Source: Massalongia carnosa
Lineage: Eukaryota
NCBI GenBank assembly: GCA_965645245.1
Contig: OZ287080.1
Coordinates: 1,426,001 to 1,490,000 of the forward strand
Direction of reading: 5' to 3'
Length of the DNA: 64,000 bases
Each line of letters starts with the position of its first letter. Position 1 is the stretch's first letter. This document shows positions 13,525-24,400 of this stretch, in pieces. The notes below the pieces were generated by a model, which worked only from the letters and a program-made list of their open reading frames with translations, was not told where the DNA came from and ran no database searches. The translations under genes were made by a program, and so were the position numbers.

Positions 13525-15944
13525 TCAATTCCCCCTTCCCCTCCCATCGTTCAAACCCTTCGCAATTCTTCGGCTGATCCAATCGCTGATAGCCATAATT
13601 GTCACCATCGGATTGACCCCGCTCGCACTTGGAAATATGCTCGCGTCCGCGATATACAAGCCTTCGACGCCCCATGCCTTCCCGTTAGGGTCCACGACTC
13701 CCTTCCCCGCGCTATCGCTCATCCGACATGTACCCATCTGGTGCGCGCTGCCCCATGAAGTTTCAGGGGAAGGTAAGCCACGTTTTTTAATTTCGTCGAG
13801 CCAGGCTTTGAAGCGAACGTCGTTGATACTTTCTTCCTCTTTTTCAGCAGTATCCCTTTCCTCGTTTTGGTCCTGCGGCACCGAGTTCCGCACAAAAGGG
13901 CGCACACCTGCGTGTCCGAGGAATATCTCGTGCGCACCCGCCACGTAAGCGATACGTGCGCAGGCCAGGAGACCCTCCATCGCGTGGACCTTGTCGAAGG
14001 CGCTGGGCGTGTAGGCGATGCGACAACGCCCGTCTACTGGATCGGCGAACACGCGGCCTGTGTCTCGATCGCGGACGAGTGATAGATGGCCGCTCATGTA
14101 GGGTAATTTAGCACCAAGAAGTTTGAAGTCCAGGCCACTTGTCCAGGGAAAGGTAGGAAGCACCCAAGAGGGGAGCATGGTCATGGCTTCGATCTGGTTT
14201 CTTGTTAGGGGAAGATATAACAGGAAGGTTGGGATAGCGTACCTTAGTACCATGGCCGTGGCCATCAAGATTCTGAAACTCATCGACAACGCTGGTGAGG
14301 ATGCTACCTTCCCATGGATTCGTAGGGCGAGGGTAGGTCGCGCCCACTATAGTCACTATACACGGATAAAATGTCAGTAGGCCGCTAGCGTGGGTATGAG
14401 GAGCATCGAACCTGGGTGAAGATGGAGATTCCGTCCAATTTGGGCATTTTTCAGGCCGCTTCGTAACAACAGAAGAGGACTTTGCAACGTCCCACATGAG
14501 ACGATCACTCGTTTGGCTTTAATGATAACTTCACGAGTGGTTCTATCGGCGTTGCTAACTCCGCCATTGCTATCACGCGATTTCCACAGCCCTTTAACCC
14601 CAATAGCAGTTTTCTTGCCATCAACCTCGTCGAAAAGAATTCTCTGAGTATCAAATCCCTCGATAAACTTTGCCCCTGCTTTTTCGGCGTCTGGAAGAAA
14701 TGACATTACAGGACCCTGCTTCTCGGCAGCCCCGCATCCAAGGGTGCAGTATCCGCAGTAGTGTTTCTTGCCAGCAGTGTTCTGAGGTATGAGCTTCACG
14801 CTATAGCCCAGTTTTCTCGCTCCCTCACAGAGAATCTGGTTGTTCGCAGAGTGTTCGAGATGATCCCCCGAGACCCCCATGCGCTGGCAAACACGATCTA
14901 GCGAGGTTTGAAATTCGGCGGATGTAAAGAATGGAAGTCCAGCGTTGGCCCATTCTTCCCGAACGAATCTTTGGGTTTGTAATGACGCTGACCAATTTAC
15001 CGTTCCACCTCCCCCAAAAGTCTGGCCGGCAAGAACAACAACACTCCCGTCGTCTGACTGCATGAGCCCTCCGCCCATGAAGAGATGAACCGCCGCATCG
15101 GCTTCTGACATTGGAAAATGCTCGGTTGGGAAATGATAACCCTTTTCAACTACAGTGACTTGATTTCCACTTTCCGCAAGATTTTTGGCGCAAACACCGC
15201 CGCCACACCCACTGCCCACCACCACGACATCAGTTTCGAGGAGTTCAGGTTCCGGACCAGGGGGAAACTGAATAAAACTATAGTCAAAACCTTTGCCGGG
15301 CTTGCCATGCACTGGGGCTCGCGGGAACCCAAGAGCCGGTCCAAGAGTGGGGCTATGCCTCGTCCACGTCACAGCGATAATCGAACCAAGAGCTTTAACA
15401 GCCTTTCTTAGGGGCGGAAGATATGATTGCGTCCAGTTCTGCAAAATCTGCTGACGTATGTGAATAGGCTGTAGGTGGAAGGAAGTGGTGTAACCAGTCG
15501 TCAGGAAGCATCCAGCTCGAGTGCTGCCATGATCGTCAATAGCGGTTTCTTGAAATATAGAGACATACAACCTTACTCCAGGGCTGAGAGGATCACTCTC
15601 ATTCCTTTCAGATCCTCCTCCCTTACATATTCTCCTAATGTTCTTTGCAAGGCGTCCCTGAAACCTGGTATGGAACTCGCGTTCTCCTCAAGATACCTTT
15701 GAGGTATCTCTACTTCGTTCCTGGCGGGTATTTGTTTAAGCCTATTAATAGCTGAAGTGTATTCGGCCTCTGGAAGGGAGATTCTGCCGGTGGAAGAGGT
15801 CGCTGAGGTTTCAATAGAGGGGATGAATGTGTCTCCTAATGCCATCAAAGTTGTCCATTGAGACGCCGTCAAGACTTCACCAGGGAAGGGCGGCGGGAGA
15901 GGACTGTCCAAGGGTGCAATAAGGCCTAGCTCTTGGGAGGCCAT
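13525..15944 (-). CDS. FAO1: Long-chain fatty alcohol oxidase (GMC oxidoreductase), ~4 exons
   Basis: FAD motif DVVVVGSGCGGG, LAGQTFGGGGTVNWSASLQT, HYCGYCTLGC, IGRNLHLHP, and C-terminal SAHQMGTCRM and IADASIFPSASGVNPMVTIMA. Confidence 0.92.
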
Positions 15945-16414
15945 ATTGAAGTATCGCGAGAGATCTCTCTGGTTTCTAGCTGACGAGAAACTTTAAACCG
16001 CTTGACTGTATGTATAGAAGAAGTCGTAGCTCTCAAGAACATAGAATTAACACTGCCTCCGCTAGATAAAGTCTATTGTGACGTAGAACATACAGGCTTT
16101 ACAAAAGCGGGGTTGAAGCTTCCTTTGTCACACACTTGTGTTTGAAGCGGAGATGAGAAAAATACAAAGCATAGACTAGCTAACGCGCAGACATAAGACT
16201 ATAAGAGAAGCGGGTATAATTATGAAATAGAGTTATATAGGAAGGCAAAGGATGTCTAGATCTCCTACGAGTATGTATTGTACATGCCATCCAGCGGAGG
16301 GTAAAAGAGAGGATTGCAACATGAATATAGATAGCCGAGTTAAACTCTTCCCGCCTTCTTGGACTGGAATGTTGAGAAAGTGCACCAGGGATGTCATCCC
16401 TAAGTCTGGATGCG

Positions 16415-17483
16415 GCACGCAGGTGACCAAAAAACGCGAAAATTTTTCGCTTACTACTCAACCTTTCTAACTTATGCTTAAAAACACTCATAACGCTACG
16501 CTGATGAGTCGAAGTCTCGTGATCCTCATTATAAGCTTTCAGACGAAAATATTGATCGTATGAATGAAATATTATAAACGTGAAGCTTGAAGAAAAGAGC
16601 AATGATCTGAATCCAATTGACTGCAGCAGCTGAGGTTTTCTTCGTTTTATGACGTACGCTTCAGAGAATAGTGAACAAGCGAAATTATTGAGAATTTAAT
16701 GAACACACGTTGTAAATTGCTTGGCGCTTCGGGAGTTGGTTTTTCCGGCTGAGTCATGGCAAAGGTAGTGTAGAAGTCAGGTGACAGTCTTTCATTTAGT
16801 TATTGATAGTTCAGCAAGCATGCTCGTAGCATAGCTATAACACATAACATCAACACATACAGTTCACATGCACGAGGCACAGGCACGAGGCATACAGTGA
16901 CTAGTCTAGCTTTTGTTCCCATTCTATTGTTCTTATTCTATTGTTCCTATTCTATTGTTCCTATTTTGTTGTTCTGTTCTTCTCTTGTTTGTTTGTTCTC
17001 CTGTACTTCCAGCTATAGTGGAGTATGCACACCACCTAGTTTATCCTTCCATGATCAAGTAATGACTGAAAAGAGATGATGATTTTATAATGAAAGTGAA
17101 TAAAGATTTCGAACATGATCCAGGAAAAGACAACGTCGTACGAAGATGAAAAGACGAGCATCATTGAAATACTATTTCAACTGCTTTCATTCTCTCGATC
17201 TTTCGTCAATTGAGAACTGCTGACAGATTCTCTAGCAAATCGTTGATCGTCAATCTCATTGAAATGATCAAATCACAATAGCTGCAAACAGAAAGAAGTG
17301 AACGAAGCTCTCTCAGATCAAGATCAACGAATGAATAGTATCAATGCTCAAAAGAATTGATGATGTGCTTGATATGAGAGGTAAAATAACTGAAGAATAA
17401 ATTGTTTGATGTAAATAAGATGTAAGGTGATTAGATAGCAAGCGAAAATTTTGGTGTTAGCGTTTTTTTGTCACCCGCAGTGC
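16415..17483 (+). mobile_element. Degenerate Tc1/mariner DNA transposon relic (about DD37E type), internally deleted and interrupted
   Basis: Imperfect inverted ends: gcacgcaggtgaccaaaaaacgcgaaaatttttcgctt (16415-16452) versus the reverse complement of aagcgaaaattttggtgttagcgtttttttgtcacccgcagtgc (17440-17483). Stop-ridden fragments read RDPHYKLSDENIDRMNEIL*T*SLKKRAMI*IQL (~16518-16690) and DFEHDPGKDNVVRR*KDEH..KYYFNCFHSLDLSSIENC*QIL...INE*IVSMLKRIDDVLDMRGKITEE* (~17077-17400), a decayed SPDLSPIEN transposase C-terminus. Confidence 0.8.
16921..16975. repeat. 14-bp minisatellite x~4 (attctattgttc(c/t)t)
   Basis: attctattgttctt attctattgttcct attctattgttcct attttgttgttct, read directly. Confidence 0.85.
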
Positions 17484-17783
17484 TCGATAAAAGGGCCCGA
17501 TCATCGGCCTGTCTCTAATCCGAAAAAGATACGAATATGAATAGTAAGTGTCATGATTAAAGCCCCCAAAAAGGCACAAAAGCGTAGCGGGAAACCTAAG
17601 GATAATCAGAGAACACCGTTACAAGAACCCCCTACAAGAGGACGGACTCGTCCAAAAAGGACTGACTCCTAAAAAGTTCAGAATCGCCAGGATGACAGAA
17701 CAAAGGTCGGAAAAGAAAAACGTCGGCTATGTACAAATCTGTTGATACAAAGCATCCCCGTTATGACAGAATCAATCGCAGAT

Positions 17784-19373
17784 TTACCGGCTGCTTTCCA
17801 TCCCTAGGATACCTCCAGCCCGACCATGCATGCTACCAGCGATGCGATCCCGCAAGCCTTTGAAGTTATCCGCTTGCGAGACCGCGCTAGTCGTCCTCCG
17901 TCGCGGGCTTCGCTTCAGCGTCGTCTGCGCTTCTCGCTCTTCCCGAGCTTCATCTTTTAGAACTTCGAAGCCGCCATCCTTCGTATCGTCCAATACCTGT
18001 TGCCGCGATCCTGCCGCTTGATACTGGGCTTTCCCCCCCGGTGGGGCAGGTTGTTGGTGTACGGCAGGAATGCATTGCACCGTAGTCGCATTTTGGGTCT
18101 CGTCGTTGTAAGGCTGAGAATTTTGCGTAGTGTTTTGGCTGGCGTCGGTATGTGTAATTTTTGTGCAGGCTTTATCCTGAGTGACCTTCTGTTCTGCCGC
18201 CCTACGAGAACGCTCATAACGAGCCGAGATATCTCCTCCGGTCCACATAGTTCCAAGGAACCAATCCCAGAATGTAGAACATGGCTGTGAGAAATTCGTC
18301 TAAAACAGTCAGCTATGTAACGCAAAGCGGAAGATCATCGCATACCTTTATACCCCAAGCCTGATGATGTACGTCATGATACCCAGCGTTGTTGGAGGAT
18401 GTATATTGAATCGGATCCCAAGGCAAAGAGTACCCACAATGATCATCGACAGTTTTAAGTGTCAAACCAGTGAAAAACCACATTGCTTGTCGAGTACTCA
18501 TATTGGCCACTTTATAACCAATGGTAGCTCCCAAAGTGTCGAGAAGGAATCCTTCAACAGGGTGGTTGTACAATGCCCCGTACGCATACGGAACATATAA
18601 ACGATGGTGTCGGGAGTGAAAAGTATCTATGGTTCAGTCAATCAATTAGAAGCGTCGTTGCAACCAGAGGATAAAAACTAACTGTATAGCCATTTGTTCA
18701 TGTGCATTGCGCGATGAAGAAAGTATTGCCACGTATCCACAATCATTATACCCAAGGCGAATTGAAGTATAGGTATGATGTACCAGTAAATTCCACTCGC
18801 AACCGAGACCTCCCACACGGCGAAGCTTGGAATGGTTGTTTGATCGCCATTGCCAGTTGCAATTACTTTTAACGAGGAATACTGGCCTCCAAGAATTGCA
18901 CCGGAAAGCACAGGATATGATAGCGCCAGGTTATCTGCTAAGCCGTTCGGGTTCACACCCACACTCGCTAGAAGCCCAGGGATGAATCTTTGCGCAAATC
19001 TTATTCTTCTAGCCCACACTGCAATATCGTAGTTCTCCTTACCAGATGTTGCTTCTGGCTCCGTCAACCCTATGATAATTCCGACGACAGTCTGTACAGC
19101 TTGTTGGATCAAGACATCCCGTATCACCTCCCAGCGCGTAACCCGGTTCCTTTTTGAGACTTCGGCGGGCGTGTGTAGCCGATACTGGGGAAAGTAATCC
19201 ATGGTGTCAATCCAGTGAAATAACATCGACAAACCCCAGTACGCGATGATCGGCAGGAATAAAATCACAAGGTTGTCGGAAATAGGCGCAATGAGTTTCG
19301 GGAGAGGAGTGAGATAGTATTCAGGAAGCGGCGGAAGGCTCCACGGATCGAGCTGGATTGAGGAATTCGCCAT
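17784..19373 (-). CDS. SUR2: Sphinganine C4-hydroxylase (fatty acid hydroxylase family), 3 exons
   Basis: His boxes DTWQYFLHRAMH, FHSRHHRLYVPYAYGALYNHPVEG, KTVDDHCGYSLPWDP and YHDVHHQAWGIK-TNFSQP. Introns near 18628-18683 and 18300-18346. Confidence 0.93.
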
Positions 19374-19952
19374 TGCGAGCAGTTTCCCAAATCGTTATGT
19401 TTGTAAAATGCGCCAGTTCTCCGCAAAGGAGGGTGAGAGCCTGACGGCCAGATCCTACAACGGAAAAATTGCTAGACAGGTATGGAATGACAACATTAGC
19501 GGAAAGACAAGTAACACGGAAACTGTGAGGATCAGGGAGAACAAGCTCTGCTTTTGACAGGCACAGAAGGAGTGGAAGAGAGCAAGAGAAGAGAGTAATG
19601 GGAGAGATTGGATGATGCTTTTCCAATCTGGAAATTTGGCTTGCTGACGGAACAATATCAATTGCGTCGCCACTCAGCCTAACAAGTTACGCTATACTAC
19701 AAATGGCCTCCATTGCCGGACTTCCCCACCATCTTGCATGTGAAAATGAACCGCGCAGCAGCACCTGAAAGTCTGCCGTGATATTTTCATGAGTATATGA
19801 CTATTCTGTTCCTTCTTCCCTAAATTAAAAAGAGGAAGAATATAAAAAGCCACACGTCTTGCGCAGCCTTCATAGTTATCTTTGGTTAAAGGAAAGTCTC
19901 AAGCTCTTGCGCTCTCAACTTCACAACCCATCAGCGAATATTAGATTCCAAT
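19374..19952. promoter_or_regulatory. Short divergent (probably bidirectional) promoter between SUR2 and TCTP, TATA-like TATAAAAA at 19841
   Basis: Head-to-head ATGs at 19373 (-) and 19953 (+). TATAAAAAG lies ~110 bp upstream of the TCTP ATG. Confidence 0.45.
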
Positions 19953-20857
19953 ATGATTATCTATAAGGTTGGTGGCTCCACGAGTCGCATAATACCCCGC
20001 CTCCACATCAGAGCTCTAGGGCTCAAATTTGCATGGCGGAACATTGACTAACAAATTTGGCTGTAGGACCTCGTCAGCGGTGATGAGATTATCTCCGACA
20101 CCTGGGAGTTAAAGACTATCGATGATGTTGTCTATGAGGTTGATTGCAAGAAGGTAACCCGCGGGGTCGATCAGATCAGTCAGTGAATCCGCCGCCGGTG
20201 CTCGTAGATCGATTACGCACGCCTTGGAATTTTGACCTAATTTTGTCATGTAGACACTGGAGCCAACCCTTCAGCAGAAGAGGGAGAGGAAGCCCTCGAA
20301 GATGGAGGCAAGCAAGTAATTGACGTCGTCGACGGCTTTAGATTAAACTTCCTCGGAGATGAAGCCTCGGGGACCCGAGCATTTAACACGAAGAAGGAGT
20401 ACACGAGCCAGTTGAAAGGTAACATACCATCCTTTAACTAGGATCTCGTCGTACCAATCATATTCCATATTTCAAGAAATGTCAAGAATGCAGGCCGCTA
20501 ACCAAAAGACTTACATAGGATATCTAAAGAAAGTTATTGAGAAGCTCAAGGAAGACGGCGCCGACGAGGAAAAGGTTAAGGCCTTCCAAACGAGCGTGCA
20601 GAATTACTTCACCAAAAAAATTGCGCCCAATTTCAAGGACTTTGACTTTTACGCTGGAGAATCGATGGATCCGGACGGAATGTAAGCGGTCCCACCTTCC
20701 TTGCTCTCCCTTTGCATCCGATCAGATACTCTACAACTATAAACCTCCACCTCGTTAACTCACGCACAACAGGGTCGTGCTGCTCAACTACCGCGAAGAC
20801 GGCGTCACCCCTTATGTGACGATCTGGAAACACGCCCTGAAGGGGATGAAAGTTTAA
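19953..20857 (+). CDS. TMA19: Translationally controlled tumour protein (TCTP), 5 exons
   Basis: [35 protein letters not shown]...[18 protein letters not shown]...|[12 protein letters not shown]...[44 protein letters not shown]. Confidence 0.95.
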
Positions 20858-21452
20858 ACACCATGGTTCACATTGACATCGAAAAGAAGACGGGTGCGAA
20901 GTGAGGCTCGTATGGAGCCCGGGAATAGTAGGAAGGGGGGGGGGTACGACAGTGCTCCAGAATTTTAGGTACACGCCATGATAGAAACGACGAATTTCAT
21001 TTTTAAAAAAACCCTCCCAAAATCCACACCTTTTGCTAGGGAACCCGTGCCTCCGTGTATGTGTTTTTCTCCCTCCCCTCCAATTCCGGGAAATTTAGCC
21101 CCCGTACCCCCCTAAACCAAATCGGGTTGATGCGTATTCGGAAGAATAGGGAATAATAACCAAGAGATTAATCTTTAAGCGGGGTTAGGATTCGTTCATT
21201 TAGGTATGTATACTTACATACAGGGAGGAGAGGAAGGAAGGGGATGGGGGAGGGGCAATGGCTGCAGAAAGATAGTTGATGAAGTGGATTGTTCTTTATT
21301 ACAAGGAGAAAATAAAAACAACAACTGAGAGAGAATCGAACTTTTCCGTGTATATATTCACCCTTTCCTTGTCCTCATTTCCTCCGTCGGTGTATTCCTC
21401 CCAAGCACTCATCCACCTATCCTCGTGATCATCAAAATCCCCAGCGTTCTCT

Positions 21453-24400
21453 TCAGTACGCCGCGGCAACAAAAGTATGCAAGCCGCTCGCTACCCTTTG
21501 GACACCCCTTCCCTTAGCTCCGCTTTCCCACCGTCGCGACCCACTTATCCTCCTCAAGTTATTCAGATGCTCCCTAACTCCTCCTTCCGGTACGATAAGC
21601 TCCCATTTGCTGGGCGCCTTGAACGCGCCGAAGCCGTCGTTGGCGCTGGCCTTGCTGTTGCTCGACCACTTCCCGATCGGCAGGAAGCCAGCGAAGGATT
21701 TCTCGTCGTGGAATGTGTCCACTACCTGCTCGACCAGATCCGAGTACTCGCTTGGGTCTTTTTCCCACCTTCCTAGACGCTGGTGTGCGCGCCTTAAAAG
21801 CTCAAGGTGAAGGTGCGCATGGCTGCTAGCGCTCTCAACGCTACCGCTATAGCTGTCGTCGCTGACAATGTGTTTAAGGATCTTTTCGTGCACGCCCATA
21901 GCTTTCTGAAATTGAGCTGCGCTGGTATAGAGTTCCGCCAGGAGTGTGTGCATCTCGTACGTGATTCTGTCATGTGTGAACCATACGCGGCGTAGATTGT
22001 AGCAAATGTCTTCAAGAACGTGTATAGCGCTTTCACGGGATCCATGGCTGAAGCGCACTTCGACGAGGCGGCGGCCAATTTGAATGATCGTCGGAAAAGA
22101 CCAGGAGGATTGAGTGTGGCGTGACTCCCAGAGTTGGGTGAGGATCCACTGCAGAAATCTAAGGTTAGCGCTGTAAATGGAGAATAAAAGAGGGAGGGAA
22201 GGCTTACTTCGAGATCAGCAAAATCCTGAACTTCGCCCAGCAAGGTAACAAGCTCGTTCAGTTGAGTAATGGGCGTCTTGGTAAAGTCAACCTTAATCTG
22301 TCTACTAGCCTCGAGAATTTCTTTTAGGAAAGTACGAGACAATCCTAGCATCTGCTGCTGACTTTTCTGATCCGGGCATTTTTTGGCCCCACGATTGGCT
22401 AGGTAGAGCGCTAGTTTGAACCCGGTACTAATGTTTTCCTGGTCATGGAAACCATGATGGGATTGAGTGAATTGCCAGATGCAATTGGCTAGGTCAACGG
22501 CTTCTTGGAACTTAGATTGTTCGAGGAGAATGTGCACAGCGGTGGTGCCGGAGCCACACCCCGCCTGGACCAGATGAACTTCGTGCTGGGATTTTCCAAT
22601 TTCCTCGAGGAGTATGTTGAAAAAGTAGCGTGTTGTAGTCTTGTTAGTCTTGATTGAGGAGCCCAGGCTTTTCAGAAATGCCTCGAAGAGCTCTTCGTCA
22701 ATCTTCGAGTCCTGCACGTCGTGATATTTGCTCCTTCGGAAGTATCGAAGGCGGGCACCTTGCACCATCGTCGTTTCGAAACGTGTCTTTTGAGCTAATG
22801 ATCGAGTATAGGCATCGTATAGTGCGGTTTCTGTCAAGAACGACGCCATGATCTCAGAAATACTCGCATCTTTTGCGCCTCGTAATGTTTCCTGGTAAGC
22901 GGCTAGGAATATGAAGCATCGACGATCAGCTTGTTGGTCGATTTTGAAACCAAAGCTGTCACACGACCTAGTGTCCCGGGACACAATTTGGCGACGCAAC
23001 TCTTCAAGAAGTTTGTAAGCTTCATTTGTGTAACCCTGCGCCCCATAAATTCTAGCCAGGCTCCTTGAAGAATTGCATAATCTTCTAGAGTCCTTCTCTT
23101 TCACCACGATTTCAATAACGGCACTTTGAAGCGTTCGTAGGAGAACACTTTCGAGCTTTTGATCCTTTCGACTCTTGTAAAAAACTGCAAGCTCTTCAAG
23201 ACTGAGAAGTGTCCTTTCGTGGGAGCAGCCTAATTGGGCTTTGTAACTTTCGAACTCCTCCATGCAGAGAGTTACAGCCTTGGAGGTATATGTAGTGGAC
23301 GTGTGGCTGTGCGTAACATAGAGACGAGTTAAGCGCGACTTTGCGGTAGTTATGATCGTGGTAATAGTAGTGGTCTTTGTGAACGTCTGTGTTTCTTTGA
23401 ATGTCTCTTCGTAGATCTCAATGGCCTCATGAATATGCTTCTCACTTCGCTCGTTAATCTCGGCTAGTCGCAGAGTTGCTCTCAATGTGATCTCTGCTCG
23501 AGCACCAAAGACATGAATGCACACTTCGCGGAATTCGATTGTGGTCTGTCGTAATACTGTGTATGCCACCTTCACTTCCTTCTCCAAAATATAGAAATAT
23601 CGCCGGTATATTTCATCCACCCGTTCAGAACTTATCTTGTACTCCCGGGTACGTACCAGAATAGTCCTCCACAGATGGGCGTATATCTTCTGTGCATCCG
23701 TCCAGCGTTTCTCCGACTCGTAGATCCTGGTAAGAGCAAGTGCTGCTTCTATCGCCCCATGATGGCACATATCGAAATCATGATCGAGGTTCACATAGAT
23801 CTTGAGATAATAGCCCTCGGCGTCCTTTTGTCTATGTTTGATAGATAGTTCTCCCAAGCGATATAGGGTCTCTATCGTCAAGGTATGAGTCGCCCCTAAC
23901 GTACAAGAGTAGTCTTCCCAAAGTTCTCGATATACTTCAATGGCTCTTTCAGACCTCTTTGTACTTTCGTAAAAAAGTATCAACTCCCTGGCGCTTCGAG
24001 CCACCAATTCATCCTGAATGTGGAGGCTGGATTTTGTTGCTCGAAAAAGACGGATGAATATTTTTTCTGCCTTTTCGATTTGGTGTTCGTGAGAGTAACA
24101 GTGCGCAATGCGTATAGCCATCTCAATGGCCTCGACAGTAAAGTCTTTCGGGAGTATGACATTCTTTTCATCCGAAACAAGAGATAGCCAGAGACGGGTT
24201 AGCACTCGGTGGCAAATAGCAATGGCCTCTGAATAGCGCTCCTTGCGTAAATAGAAAGAGCTAAGCGTTTCACAGCTTCGAATGGTCGAGGTCGTTATTG
24301 TGGTGGTTGTTATAGTGGATATACATGACTCATATACCTCCTTTAGAATGGTCTCCTCAAAGTAAGTTGTTTCTTCTATGTAATGTTCCTCTTGAGTCCG

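Noticed and set aside
17050..17400. AT-rich segment where TGA stands at Trp positions: a NUMT or alternative genetic code?
   Set aside because: The peptide is a nuclear Tc1 transposase with TIRs, and Gly and Pro codons are damaged in the same GG->GA/CC->TC way, so this is mutation rather than recoding.
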